Assembly (NCBI GenBank): GCA_903892675.1
Contig: CAITJJ010000128.1
Coordinates: forward strand, 1,785-65,784
Direction: 5' to 3'
DNA: 64,000 nt
DNA from: an uncultured Hyphomicrobiales bacterium
Lineage (GTDB): Bacteria > Pseudomonadota > Alphaproteobacteria > Rhizobiales > Xanthobacteraceae
Shown in pieces: positions 1-9,249 of the stretch; positions within the stretch are counted from its first letter, which is position 1; each line of letters begins with the position of its first letter. Below the pieces are notes generated by a model, which was given only the letters and a program-made list of their open reading frames with translations, was not told where the DNA came from and searched no databases. The position numbers were made by a program, and so were the translations under genes.

Positions 1-111
1 GCGAAGCTTGATCAACTGATCGCGGAAGCCGACGCGGCGCTGGCGCCGTTCGGCAACAAGGCCGACACTTTGCGCGCCACCGCGCGCTTCATTGCCGAAA
101 GGCGAAGCTAG
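1..111 (+). CDS. ispA: 3' end of a polyprenyl synthetase (farnesyl diphosphate synthase, IspA-like); partial
   Basis: Frame 1 reads AKLDQLIAEADAALAPFGNKADTLRATARFIAERRS*, matching the C-terminal 'A..AL..FG..A..L...A.FI..R' pattern of IspA. Only 36 residues are visible. Confidence 0.65.
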   Translation, partial: AKLDQLIAEADAALAPFGNKADTLRATARFIAERRS

Positions 112-116
112 ACATC

Positions 117-809
117 ATGGCCACCAAAAAAACGAAGCTTCACCGCGCCGCCCCTGTCCGATTCGTCCAGCTGCATAACAAGCTGTTGCTTGCCGCCGCC
201 ATCGGCTTTGCCGTGAGCCAGATGTTGCCGCCAGCATTCAAAGCACCGGCCTGCATTCTCATCGGCTGGGATGTCGCGCTCATGATATATCTGGGCTGGA
301 CCTCTACGATGATGGCGCGCGCCAAGGTCGCGCACATCGTTCAGCGCGCCGCCGAGGAAGACGAAGGCGCAGTCTTTATCCTGATCCTTTCAATCCTGGC
401 GACCGCGGCCAGCTTCGTCGCTATCGCCTTCGCGCTCGGCGGGATCAAGTCTGGGCAGGGCGCGGTGATGCCGGGCGGCATCGCCGCCCACGCCGTGATG
501 GCGATCACGACGATATTGCTGTCGTGGACTTTCGTGCACACGATCTTCACGTTTTATTACGCACATGAGTATCACGGCAAACGTCACGACGGCGCCATCG
601 GCGGGCTGGTGTTTCCGCACGATTCCGCGCCGGACTATCGCGACTTCCTGTATTTCTCGCTGGTCATCGGCATGACCTCGCAAACCTCGGACGTTAACAT
701 CTGCAGCAAGGCGATCCGCCGCATGGCGGCGATCCATGGGGTGCTCTCGTTCTTCTTCAATGTGACGGTGCTGGCTTTGACCGTGAACATGGTGTCGAAC
801 CTGATATGA
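117..809 (+). CDS. DUF1345 family membrane protein
   Basis: 230 aa hydrophobic ORF with LSWTFVHTIF..YAHEY and FP...PDYRDFLYFSLVIGMTSQTSDV motifs characteristic of DUF1345. Confidence 0.85.
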   Translation: MATKKTKLHRAAPVRFVQLHNKLLLAAAIGFAVSQMLPPAFKAPACILIGWDVALMIYLGWTSTMMARAKVAHIVQRAAEEDEGAVFILILSILATAASFVAIAFALGGIKSGQGAVMPGGIAAHAVMAITTILLSWTFVHTIFTFYYAHEYHGKRHDGAIGGLVFPHDSAPDYRDFLYFSLVIGMTSQTSDVNICSKAIRRMAAIHGVLSFFFNVTVLALTVNMVSNLI

Positions 810-2413
810 CCGCGATTTTCCAGACCATCCTGCTGATGGCCGCGGTGCTGGCGGCGGTCGCGGTCGCGGCCAAGCGGCTGAATGTAACGCCATCGATCTT
901 GCTGGTGGTCGCCGGCATCGGTCTGGCGCTGGTGCCGGGCCTGCCGAGCATAAGGCTGGCGCCGGAACTGGTGTTGCTGGTGATCCTGCCGCCTTTGATC
1001 TATTCGGCCGGCGTCGCCATGAGCTGGCGCGAATTCAAATACAATCTGCGGCCGATCGCGCTGCTCGCCTTCGGCTGCGTCATCTTCACCACCTGCGCGG
1101 TCGCCGCCGCCGCGCATTATCTGCTCGGCTTCGACTGGACGATCGGCTTCGTGCTCGGCGCCATCGTCGCGCCGCCGGACACCGTAGCGCCGCTTGCTAT
1201 TGCACGGCGGCTCGGCCTGCCCCGGCAGGTGATGGTCATTCTGGAAGGCGAAGGCCTCGCCAACGACGCCACCGCGTTGATCCTGTATCGCTTCGCTGTC
1301 ATTGCCGTTTCGACCGGCGCATTCTCCATCGGCGAGGCGGCCGGCACGTTCAGCCTGATCGTTGTCGGCGAGATCGTCTACGGCGTAGCCGTCGGCTGGC
1401 TTTCGCTGCGCTTACGCAAATGGGCGCGCGAGCCGCGTGTCGAAATCACCTTGTCGCTGATGACACCTTATCTGGCTTATTGGGTGCCAGAGCATCTGCA
1501 TGGCTCCGGCGTGCTCGCCACCGTGGCGTGCGGCCTTTACGTCAGTTGGACCGGGCCGCGGCTCATTCCGCCGTCGACGCGACTGCAGGGCATCTTCTTC
1601 TGGGACCTGATCATCTATCTGATCGAAGGCTTCGTGTTCCTGCTCACCGGCTTGCAGGCGCGCACTTTGATCGAGCAGACGCAAGGCTTCTCGCTGCGCG
1701 AACTCCTGATCGCCACGGCATGGACGACCCTCATCGTCATTGTCGCGCGCTTCGCCTGGATGCTTCCGGGAGCCTATGTGCCGCGCTGGCTCATTCCGTC
1801 AATTCGCAGGCGCGAACCGTCGCCGCCCTGGCAAGGGCCATTCTTCCTGGCGTTTACCGGCATCCGCGGCGTGGTGTCGCTCGCCGCCGCGCTGGCGATC
1901 CCGTATTTCACCGCCAGCGGAAAAGCGTTCCCGCATCGCGACATGATCCTGTTCATCACCTTCGGCGTCATCATCGCAACGCTGGTCGGGCAAGGCCTGT
2001 TGCTACCGTGGGTCGTGCAATGGCTTGGATTGAGCAAGCTCGGCAAGCAGGAGCACGCCGAGGAGATCAAACGCGAATTGCACGCGCGCCAGGCCGCGCT
2101 TAACGAGGTTACCAAACGGCTGGACAAGGCAATCGCCGATCACGAACTGCCGCAGTTCGTCGTTGACCATTTGCGCACGCGCAACAAAAGCCGCTTTCAG
2201 GTCATCCCGAGTAACCTGACAGACGACCTGGCGCTGGTCCGGCAGACCGCCGACTTGAAAAAAGAACTGATCGATGCCGAGCGCGATTTCATCTATCAGC
2301 TGCTGCGCGACGGCAAGATCACCGACGAAGCGCGCCGCCGTATCGAATACGAACTCGATCTCGAGGAAGCCGGCGTGGCCAATCGCGGCAAAGACGGCGG
2401 CGGATGGATGTAG
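806..2413 (+). CDS. Na+/H+ antiporter, CPA1 (NhaP/YjcE-like) family
   Basis: About 12 TM segments; LPPLIY, GAIVAPPD, LEGEGLANDATAL and GIRGVVSLAAAL motifs; soluble C-terminal tail. ATGA overlap with the upstream gene. Confidence 0.9.
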   Translation: MTAIFQTILLMAAVLAAVAVAAKRLNVTPSILLVVAGIGLALVPGLPSIRLAPELVLLVILPPLIYSAGVAMSWREFKYNLRPIALLAFGCVIFTTCAVAAAAHYLLGFDWTIGFVLGAIVAPPDTVAPLAIARRLGLPRQVMVILEGEGLANDATALILYRFAVIAVSTGAFSIGEAAGTFSLIVVGEIVYGVAVGWLSLRLRKWAREPRVEITLSLMTPYLAYWVPEHLHGSGVLATVACGLYVSWTGPRLIPPSTRLQGIFFWDLIIYLIEGFVFLLTGLQARTLIEQTQGFSLRELLIATAWTTLIVIVARFAWMLPGAYVPRWLIPSIRRREPSPPWQGPFFLAFTGIRGVVSLAAALAIPYFTASGKAFPHRDMILFITFGVIIATLVGQGLLLPWVVQWLGLSKLGKQEHAEEIKRELHARQAALNEVTKRLDKAIADHELPQFVVDHLRTRNKSRFQVIPSNLTDDLALVRQTADLKKELIDAERDFIYQLLRDGKITDEARRRIEYELDLEEAGVANRGKDGGGWM

Positions 2414-2420
2414 AGGTTGC

Positions 2421-2552
2421 TGTCGTCCCCGCGAAGGCGGGGACCCATAACCCCAATCGGTCAATGAATACGAGATCGCAAAGTAAGGCAGCTAAAGTTT
2501 TGACCAAAGCGAACGCCGCGCCCTATGGGTCCCCGCTTTCGCGGGGACGACA
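2421..2552. repeat. REP/MITE-like palindromic intergenic element
   Basis: 29-bp inverted arms TGTCGTCCCCGCGAAGGCGGGGACCCATA (2421-2449) and TATGGGTCCCCGCTTTCGCGGGGACGACA (2524-2552), one mismatch, each itself a hairpin. Lies between convergent genes; the arm recurs at 13531 and 20170. Confidence 0.85.
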
Positions 2553-2553
2553 A

Positions 2554-2985
2554 TCATTCCACCCTCACATAACTAATATCGACGAACAGCGACATATCAC
2601 GCTCTTTCAGGCGCGGCGGCTTGCCGGCCCCTAGCTCCGGCGAATACGTAATCCGCACCTTGTTGTTGGCCAGCCATTCGATCGTCGGAAAAGCGTTGCG
2701 CCTGGCCGGTGTCGCACACGGGCCGCTATAGACCTGATAGGCGCTGTCGCTGGACACGAAACTGTCCGGATAGACCGATAGAAAAATGGCGATCGTGTCG
2801 ACGCAGAAGTTCACCGGCGTGTCGTTCGACACTGTCAGGCGCACCGCCTTGTACTTGCCGTCCGGCGAAGCGACGGCAGAGAGCGCCCTATCGGCGCGAT
2901 CGGTGGTGGCGGCGAGATAGATCGAGCCGGCAACCAAGGCCAGCATCACGCACAAAAATCCGATCAGGAAGGGTTTGGCTTTCAA
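2554..2985 (-). CDS. Hypothetical membrane-anchored/exported protein
   Basis: ORF directly downstream of ispG with an N-terminal hydrophobic helix (FLIGFLCVMLALVAGSIYLAA) followed by SPDGKY. Start placed at TTG 2985 because the ORF-track start overlaps ispG; start uncertain. Confidence 0.55.
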   Translation of the reverse strand: MKAKPFLIGFLCVMLALVAGSIYLAATTDRADRALSAVASPDGKYKAVRLTVSNDTPVNFCVDTIAIFLSVYPDSFVSSDSAYQVYSGPCATPARRNAFPTIEWLANNKVRITYSPELGAGKPPRLKERDMSLFVDISYVRVE

Positions 2986-3010
2986 GACTTTGTCTTCAAG
3001 ATTTTGGCGC

Positions 3011-4261
3011 TCATTCGGCGGCCGTGCGCGAGCCGGTGCCCAATCCTGAACCAAACCGGCGCTCGATATAATCGATCACCATCTGTTTGAAATCGGCGGC
3101 GACATTGGCGCCGCGCAAGGTCGCGACTTTCTTGCCGTCGACAAAGACCGGCGCGGTCGGCGTCTCGCCGGTGCCTGGCAGCGAGATGCCGATGTCGGCA
3201 TGCTTGCTCTCGCCCGGGCCGTTGACGATGCACCCCATCACCGCGACTTGAAGCGTCTCCACGCCGGGATAGCGCGTCTTCCATTCCGGCATCGAAGTGC
3301 GGATGAAACTCTGGATGTCGCCGGCCAGTTGCTGGAACGTCGTCGATGTGGTTCGGCCGCAGCCGGGACACGCCGCGACCAAAGGCACGAAGGTGCGCAG
3401 GCCCATGGTCTGCAACAGTTCCTGCGCGACCTGCACCTCCAGCGTTCGGTCGCCATTCGGCTCGGGCGTCAGCGAAACGCGCACGGTGTCGCCAACGCCC
3501 TGCTGCAACAGCACGCCCATCGCGGCGGAAGACGCAACGATGCCCTTCGAGCCCATGCCGGCCTCGGTGAGGCCGAGATGCAAAGCGTAATCGGAGCGGC
3601 GCGCGAGTTCGCTATAGACGGCGATGAGGTCCTGCACGGCGGAAACCTTGGCCGAGAGAATAATGCGGTTCTTCGGCAGACCGATTTCTTCGGCGCGCTG
3701 CGCCGACAATATAGCCGACTGCACCATGGCCTCGTGCGTGACTTCGCGCGACGTGACCGGCGTGGCGGACGCCGAATTCTCGTCCATCAGTTTGGTGAGG
3801 AGTTCCTGGTCGAGCGAGCCCCAGTTGACGCCGATGCGCACCGGCTTGTTGTGCCTGATTGCCATTTCGACGATTTGCGTGAACTGCGGATCGCGCTTGT
3901 TCTTGAAACCGACATTGCCGGGATTGATGCGGTACTTGTCGAGCGCCTCGGCGCAGGCCGGAAAATCGGTCAATAGCGTATGGCCGTTGTAATGAAAGTC
4001 GCCGACGATCGGCACTTTCACATTCATCTGCGCCAGCCGCTCCTTGATGCGCGGCACGGCGTCTGCCGCTTCCGGGCGGTCGACGGTAATGCGCACCAGT
4101 TCGGAACCGGCGCGCGCCAGCGCGGCAACCTGCCGCGCGGTGCCTTCGGCGTCGGCCGTGTCGGTATTGGTCATCGATTGCACGACGATCGGCGCGCCGC
4201 CGCCGACCATGACGCCGCCGACCTCCACTGCGACCGTTTTATGACGTGCTTGCGTGCTCAT
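3011..4261 (-). CDS. ispG: (E)-4-hydroxy-3-methylbut-2-enyl-diphosphate synthase (flavodoxin)
   Basis: [40 protein letters not shown] and [11 protein letters not shown] (4Fe-4S ligands). Confidence 0.97.
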   Translation of the reverse strand: MSTQARHKTVAVEVGGVMVGGGAPIVVQSMTNTDTADAEGTARQVAALARAGSELVRITVDRPEAADAVPRIKERLAQMNVKVPIVGDFHYNGHTLLTDFPACAEALDKYRINPGNVGFKNKRDPQFTQIVEMAIRHNKPVRIGVNWGSLDQELLTKLMDENSASATPVTSREVTHEAMVQSAILSAQRAEEIGLPKNRIILSAKVSAVQDLIAVYSELARRSDYALHLGLTEAGMGSKGIVASSAAMGVLLQQGVGDTVRVSLTPEPNGDRTLEVQVAQELLQTMGLRTFVPLVAACPGCGRTTSTTFQQLAGDIQSFIRTSMPEWKTRYPGVETLQVAVMGCIVNGPGESKHADIGISLPGTGETPTAPVFVDGKKVATLRGANVAADFKQMVIDYIERRFGSGLGTGSRTAAE

Positions 4262-4305
4262 TGGCTATCCTGACCGCACCGGAGTGCCAGACTTATAATA
4301 TGCGG

Positions 4306-5217
4306 TCAACGCGGCCTGTTCACCAGTACCAGCCCGCCGGCAACCAGGGCGACGGCGGCGGCAAAGGCATAGGTCAAAGGATCGCCCAAAACCAGATGGC
4401 CGGCGGCGACGCCGAACAAAGGCGTCAGAAAGGAAAAGGCCGACAGCCGGTTGGCGGAGTAATTCTTGATCAGCCAGAACCAGATGACGAAGGTGACGCT
4501 GACCACCCAGACGGTCTGATAGGCGAGCGCGCCGAGCGCCAGCGCGTCTGGCACATGTGTCATGGTCTCGCCGGCGGCGAAGGCGCCTAAGGCGAGCATC
4601 GGTGCCGAAATGACCAGTTGATAGAGCATCACCTTTTCGGCCGAGGTGGTATTCAGGCGGCTCGCCTTGATGATCAAGGTGGTAATCGCCCAGGTCAGCG
4701 CGCCGCCGATCATCAGAATGTCGCCGAGAGTTTGGCGCGGATCGAGCGCCGGCGTCGGCAGTCCGAAGGCGACCAGCATGCCGGCGAAGGACAGGCACAA
4801 GCCAATCCACTGCCACAGCTTGAAGCGGTCTGCCGGCAGAAAGATGCGCGCGCCCAGTACGACGAAGAACGGCGCGAGATAGATGAACAGCACGGCGCGT
4901 GTCGCGGTGGTGTAGGCGAGCCCCTGATAGATGCAGAGGAACTCGACGCCGAAAGTGAAGCCGGCGGCAAGGCCCGGCCACAAGGTGCCATCGCGCGCGA
5001 ACAACGGAATGCCGCGCAAGCGGCACCACAGGGCCACAATAATCGCCGCCACAACCGAGCGGATGGCCCCTTGCAGCAGCGGCGGAATGTCGTGGATCGC
5101 CAGCTTCACCGCGACCTGGTTGAAGCCCCAGGACAGACACAGCAGCACAGTGAGTGCGACGGCGAAGGCGTCGAGCGGACGGGTGGTGTGGTGGGTGTCG
5201 GAGGAGGAGGAGGACAT
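4306..5217 (-). CDS. DMT/EamA family transporter
   Basis: About 10 TMs in two EamA repeats (WGFNQVAVK, YLAPFFV, FLTPLFGV). Start placed at ATG 5217. Confidence 0.88.
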   Translation of the reverse strand: MSSSSSDTHHTTRPLDAFAVALTVLLCLSWGFNQVAVKLAIHDIPPLLQGAIRSVVAAIIVALWCRLRGIPLFARDGTLWPGLAAGFTFGVEFLCIYQGLAYTTATRAVLFIYLAPFFVVLGARIFLPADRFKLWQWIGLCLSFAGMLVAFGLPTPALDPRQTLGDILMIGGALTWAITTLIIKASRLNTTSAEKVMLYQLVISAPMLALGAFAAGETMTHVPDALALGALAYQTVWVVSVTFVIWFWLIKNYSANRLSAFSFLTPLFGVAAGHLVLGDPLTYAFAAAVALVAGGLVLVNRPR

Positions 5218-5245
5218 AGAAAAATGTTCCGGGCGCTTACTGCTC

Positions 5246-5270
5246 TCCCTCTCCCACAGAGGGAGTGGGA
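5246..5270. repeat. Degenerate CCCTCTCCC...GGGAGAGGG-type intergenic hairpin
   Basis: TCCCTCTCCC-ACAGA-GGGAGTGGGA, a 10-bp stem with one mismatch. Resembles rhizobial RIME-like repeats; a similar hairpin is at 51505-51526. Confidence 0.4.
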
Positions 5271-5322
5271 AGGAAAGCGCGAGCATGTCATGTAACGCAT
5301 CAACAAAGATGATGCGAAAAAT

Positions 5323-5817
5323 CTAGGCCGCCTTGCAGTTCACGCAGATGCCGGAAATTTCAATCACCGGCGTCTTCGGCGTGAAACCGGCGGCGCGCGA
5401 GGCGCTTTTGATCGTCTCGGCGACCGCGGCCGAAGCGGCCTCGCCGACCGCGCCGCATTTCTCGCAGATCAGGAACACCACCGGATCGCCGCTCTCGTGA
5501 TTATGCGCGCAGGCGATGAAGGCGTTGCGGCTTTCGATTCGATGGACGAGGCCCTGCTCGCGCAGGAAATCGAGCGCGCGATAGATGGTGATCGGCGCCG
5601 GCCGCGCGCCTTGGTCTGCCAGCCGGTCGATCAACTCATAGGCGCCGAGCGGCGCATGGCTGGCCAAGAGCGATTCCAGCACGCGGCGGCGGATAGGCGT
5701 CAGCTTTTCCTTGTGCGCGACGCAGGTCGCTTCGGCATGCGCGATGGCGTCGCTGGCGCAGCGATCATGGTCGTGCCCCGGCGTCGGAAACACCGCGCGG
5801 CCGTGTGATTTCTTCAT
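5323..5817 (-). CDS. zur: Fur family regulator, zinc uptake regulator Zur
   Basis: HDHDRC N-terminus, LTPIRRRVL, GAYEL, PITIYRALDFL, HRIESRNAFIAC, LICEKCG and C-terminal CVNC. Alternative start at 5850. Confidence 0.85.
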   Translation of the reverse strand: MKKSHGRAVFPTPGHDHDRCASDAIAHAEATCVAHKEKLTPIRRRVLESLLASHAPLGAYELIDRLADQGARPAPITIYRALDFLREQGLVHRIESRNAFIACAHNHESGDPVVFLICEKCGAVGEAASAAVAETIKSASRAAGFTPKTPVIEISGICVNCKAA

Positions 5818-5899
5818 TGTCGCTTTGGCCAAGGCCCGCTCCGCGCTCATACTCAAGTCTAACCCGAAGTTTCCACATTCGGGCGATTCCGTACATATA

Positions 5900-5914
5900 T
5901 ATTGCAGTGCAATA
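5900..5914. promoter_or_regulatory. Palindromic operator, PhaR-type TGC-N3-GCA box candidate upstream of bdhA
   Basis: TATTGCA-G-TGCAATA is a perfect 7-1-7 inverted repeat in an AT-rich patch between zur and bdhA. Assignment to PhaR is inference. Confidence 0.5.
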
Positions 5915-6010
5915 AGAATAGGGGCAGGTTCCAGCGTGCCTCCCGGGGGGTAATCTCCCCCCGACATCCCGCCCTTTGGCCGACACGGCCGCACGGACAA
6001 GAGGACTTTC

Positions 6011-6793
6011 ATGCTCAAAGGCAAAACGGCTCTGGTCACCGGTTCCACTTCCGGCATCGGGCTCGCCACCGCGCGCGCACTGGCCGCCGACGGCGCCAAC
6101 ATCATGCTCAACGGCTTCGGCGACAAGGACGCGATCGAAATGGAGCGCGCCGGGCTTGAGAAGGAATTCGGCATCAAGGTGCGCTATTCGCCGGCCGATA
6201 TGTTGAAGCCTTCCGAGATCGCGGCGATGATCGCGACCACGGAAAAGGAATTCGGCGCGCTGGACGTGCTGGTGAACAATGCCGGCATTCAACACGTCGC
6301 CAATATCGAGGATTTCCCGGTCGACAAATGGGACGCGGTGATCGCCATCAACCTGTCGTCGGCGTTCCACGGCATCCGCGCCGCCATCCCCGGCATGAAG
6401 AAGCGCAAATGGGGCCGCATCATCAATATTGCCTCGGCGCATGGCCTGGTGGCGAGTGCGCAGAAGGTCGCCTACGTCGCCGCCAAGCATGGCATCGTCG
6501 GCATGACCAAGGTGGTGGCGATCGAAGCAGCCAATGACGGCGTCACCTGCAACGCTATTTGTCCCGGCTGGGTTCTCACGCCACTCGTGCAGAAGCAAAT
6601 CGACGCGCGCGCGCAGGCTTCCGGCCAATCGGCGCGCGAGGCGGAAATCGCACTGTTGTCCGAGAAGCAGCCGATGCACCAATTCTCGAAGCCGGAGGGC
6701 ATCGGCGCGCTGGCGGTGTTTCTGTGCAGCGATGGCGCCGCGACGATCACCGGATCGGCCTATTCGATCGACGGCGGCTGGGTAGCCCAGTGA
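6011..6793 (+). CDS. bdhA: D-3-hydroxybutyrate dehydrogenase
   Basis: SDR with TGSTSGIG, NNAGIQHV, ASAHGLVAS..KVAYVAAKHG, CPGWVLTPLVQKQI and LLSEKQP. GAGGA ribosome-binding site. Confidence 0.93.
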   Translation: MLKGKTALVTGSTSGIGLATARALAADGANIMLNGFGDKDAIEMERAGLEKEFGIKVRYSPADMLKPSEIAAMIATTEKEFGALDVLVNNAGIQHVANIEDFPVDKWDAVIAINLSSAFHGIRAAIPGMKKRKWGRIINIASAHGLVASAQKVAYVAAKHGIVGMTKVVAIEAANDGVTCNAICPGWVLTPLVQKQIDARAQASGQSAREAEIALLSEKQPMHQFSKPEGIGALAVFLCSDGAATITGSAYSIDGGWVAQ

Positions 6794-6803
6794 TCGGCAG
6801 CCG

Positions 6804-7880
6804 ATGATCGATTTCCTCGCGCGCGCACTCGGCGGCGACAAGCCGCCAAAGCCGAAACGCATCAATCTGGCGCTGCAAGGCGGCGGCGCACACGGCGCCT
6901 TCACCTGGGGCGTGCTCGATCATCTGCTGGAAGACGGCCGGCTGACGGTCGAGGGCATTTCCGGCACCTCGGCCGGCGCGGTCAACGCGGTGATGCTGGC
7001 CGATGGCTTGAAGCGCGGTGGACCCGACGAAGCGCGCAAACGCCTGGCCGATTTCTGGCGCGCCGCCAGCCTCGGCGGCGATCTGCCGCCGCTGCAGCGC
7101 GCCGTCGCCGACCGGCTGTTTACTTTGTTGCCTGGCGAAGGTTCGCCGACCTTCGGCTGGCTGTCCGCCTGGTCGCAATATCTGTCGCCCTACGACCTCA
7201 ACCCGCTCAACATCAATCCGCTCAAGGAACTGATCGAACGATTCGTCGATTTCGATGCCCTGCGCGCCGATGCGCGGCAGATTTTTATCGCCGCCACCAA
7301 TGTGCAGACCGGCCGCTTGCATATTTTTCCGCACGAAAAGATTTCCGCCGAGGCGGTGATGGCCTCGGCCTGCTTGCCCGCCGTGTTTCGCGCGGTTGAG
7401 ATCGACGGCGTGCCCTATTGGGACGGCGGCTATCTCGGCAATCCGGTGCTGTATCCGTTCTTCCGCTCGACCGACACCGAGGACGTCATCATCGTCCAGA
7501 TCAATCCTCTTGTACGCAAGAAAATCCCGCATTCGACCCGTGACATCATGGGCCGCGTCAGCGAGATCACGTTCAACTCGGCGCTGATGGCGGAACTGCG
7601 CGCCATCGAATTCGTCAACCGGTTGATCGATCAGGGCCGCATCCCGCACGGCAAGGGCTCGAACGAATACCGCCGCATCAACGTGCACCGCATCGTTCTC
7701 GAAGGCCTTGGCGAACGGCTGTCGTCGTCGTCCAAGCTGCGCAACGATTTCGAATCGCTCGAGCTGCTGCGCAAGGTCGGCCAGCGCGCCGCGCGACGCT
7801 TTCTCGACGCCCATTACGGCGACATCGGCGTGCGCTCGAGTGTCGATCTGCAGGCCGAGGTCTATTCGGAGCGAGGGTGA
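6804..7880 (+). CDS. Patatin-like phospholipase/esterase
   Basis: GGGAHGAF oxyanion loop, GTSAG nucleophile motif and YWDGG catalytic Asp. Confidence 0.9.
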   Translation: MIDFLARALGGDKPPKPKRINLALQGGGAHGAFTWGVLDHLLEDGRLTVEGISGTSAGAVNAVMLADGLKRGGPDEARKRLADFWRAASLGGDLPPLQRAVADRLFTLLPGEGSPTFGWLSAWSQYLSPYDLNPLNINPLKELIERFVDFDALRADARQIFIAATNVQTGRLHIFPHEKISAEAVMASACLPAVFRAVEIDGVPYWDGGYLGNPVLYPFFRSTDTEDVIIVQINPLVRKKIPHSTRDIMGRVSEITFNSALMAELRAIEFVNRLIDQGRIPHGKGSNEYRRINVHRIVLEGLGERLSSSSKLRNDFESLELLRKVGQRAARRFLDAHYGDIGVRSSVDLQAEVYSERG

Positions 7881-7892
7881 TAGGCTAGCCCG

Positions 7893-8453
7893 ATGACCGA
7901 ACTGTTCGCCGAAATCGGCCGCGCCCGGCTGGAAATCGAGATCGCCGATATCACCACGCTCGATGTCGCCGCGATCGTCAACGCGGCGAATTCATCGCTG
8001 CTCGGTGGCGGCGGCGTCGATGGCGCCATTCACCGCGCCGCCGGCCCGCGATTGCTGGAAGAATGCCGCGCGCTCGGCGGCTGCGACACTGGCGACGCCA
8101 AGATCACGCATGGATATAATTTGAAAGCGAAGGCGGTCATTCACGCGGTCGGGCCGGTGTGGATGGGCGGCATTGCCGACGAACACGCTCTGCTCGCCAG
8201 TTGCTATCGCACCTCGCTAGCGCTCGCCGCGCAACACGGCCTGCCGTCGCTGGCCTTTCCGGCGATCTCGACCGGTATCTATCGCTTTCCGGCCGACCTT
8301 GCCGCGCGCATCGCCGTCGGCACCGTGGCGTCGGAACTGGCGGGCAACTCACGCGACAAGTCGGCTGTGCTGACGCGCGTGATCTTCTGCTGTTTCTCGG
8401 CGGAGAGCGCCGAGCACCACAAGGATGCGTTCGGCGAGTTGGGGCTGGTTTAA
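7893..8453 (+). CDS. Macro domain protein, O-acetyl-ADP-ribose deacetylase (YmdB-like)
   Basis: DIT, IVNAANSSLLGGGGVDGAIHRAAG, HAVGP and AFPAISTGIY. Confidence 0.93.
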   Translation: MTELFAEIGRARLEIEIADITTLDVAAIVNAANSSLLGGGGVDGAIHRAAGPRLLEECRALGGCDTGDAKITHGYNLKAKAVIHAVGPVWMGGIADEHALLASCYRTSLALAAQHGLPSLAFPAISTGIYRFPADLAARIAVGTVASELAGNSRDKSAVLTRVIFCCFSAESAEHHKDAFGELGLV

Positions 8454-9247
8454 ACCTTCGGTGCCACATCCAGCCGCGCGATCCAGCCTTCGAGTCCCGG
8501 CGCGGCGGCCGGGTAAAGCTTCATCACCTCGGGATCGTGGCCCGGCACGAAATGATGCCGCGACGAGGCGAGTTTCAACAATGTCCGGTATCCCTCCAGC
8601 GTGTCGCCAATCGAATAGGTGATCGGGAAAACGCGGCCCTCGTCCATGTGCGAATAAAGATGGCAGCAATCGGAGGCGACGACGACATAGCCCCGTTTGG
8701 TTTTCACGCGCACGCATTGCAGGCCCTTGGAGTGGCCGCCGATCTTGTGCACGGTGATGCCGGGCGCCAGTTCGTCGGCGCCGTCGTGGAATTCGCAACG
8801 ATAGGCGAACACCTTCTTGACCATCGCCTGCACGTCGCCTTCGCTGAACGGGATGCGCAGCATCTTGTGGCACATGCAGCGGCCGGTGGCGTAGGCCATC
8901 TCCTCATCCTGGATGTGATAGCGCGCGTTCGGAAACAGGTCGTAATTGCCGGCGTGGTCCCAGTGCATATGCGTGGCGATGACGTGCTCGACTTTGTCCG
9001 GCCGGATACCGAGCGCCATCAGCCCCTCACCGACCGGCTTGATGATCTTGCGGCCGCGCTCCTTGGCGGCGGCCTCATCAAAACCGGTGTCAACGACGAA
9101 CGTGCCGGACGGGCCCTTGATCACCCAGACGTAATAGGCAATCGAGGTCATCTCGTCGTGCGGATCGCCAAATACATAGTTTTCCGAACGCTTGCGCGCG
9201 TGCTCGGCATATTTGACGGCAAAGACCTCGTGAATGTCGTCGCTCAT
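8450..9247 (-). CDS. N-acyl homoserine lactonase family metallo-beta-lactamase-fold hydrolase
   Basis: VDTG, THMHWDHAGN (HxHxDH), GGHSKGLQ and ASDCCH. Start at ATG 9247; stop overlaps the macro gene stop in TTAA. Confidence 0.85.
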   Translation of the reverse strand: MSDDIHEVFAVKYAEHARKRSENYVFGDPHDEMTSIAYYVWVIKGPSGTFVVDTGFDEAAAKERGRKIIKPVGEGLMALGIRPDKVEHVIATHMHWDHAGNYDLFPNARYHIQDEEMAYATGRCMCHKMLRIPFSEGDVQAMVKKVFAYRCEFHDGADELAPGITVHKIGGHSKGLQCVRVKTKRGYVVVASDCCHLYSHMDEGRVFPITYSIGDTLEGYRTLLKLASSRHHFVPGHDPEVMKLYPAAAPGLEGWIARLDVAPKV

Positions 9248-9249
9248 GA

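Noticed and set aside
2404-2634. 76-aa ORF containing VVPAKAGTH
   Set aside because: It is a translation of the palindromic repeat and overlaps a better ORF; the same peptide appears wherever the repeat occurs.
5280-5322. Zur box upstream of the EamA gene
   Set aside because: ATGTCATGTAACGCAT is not a convincing match to the ATGTTATAACAT-type palindrome.
5818-6177. Long N-terminal extensions in the ORF track (zur, emrA, pcaH, MetE-like paralogs 2 and 4, ADH, lactonase)
   Set aside because: They overlap neighbouring genes or promoters, and family homology begins at downstream starts.
6804-8453. Patatin plus macrodomain as an anti-phage system (CBASS or Thoeris-like effectors)
   Set aside because: No CD-NTase, TIR or SIR2 partner; both look like housekeeping forms in a bdhA context.
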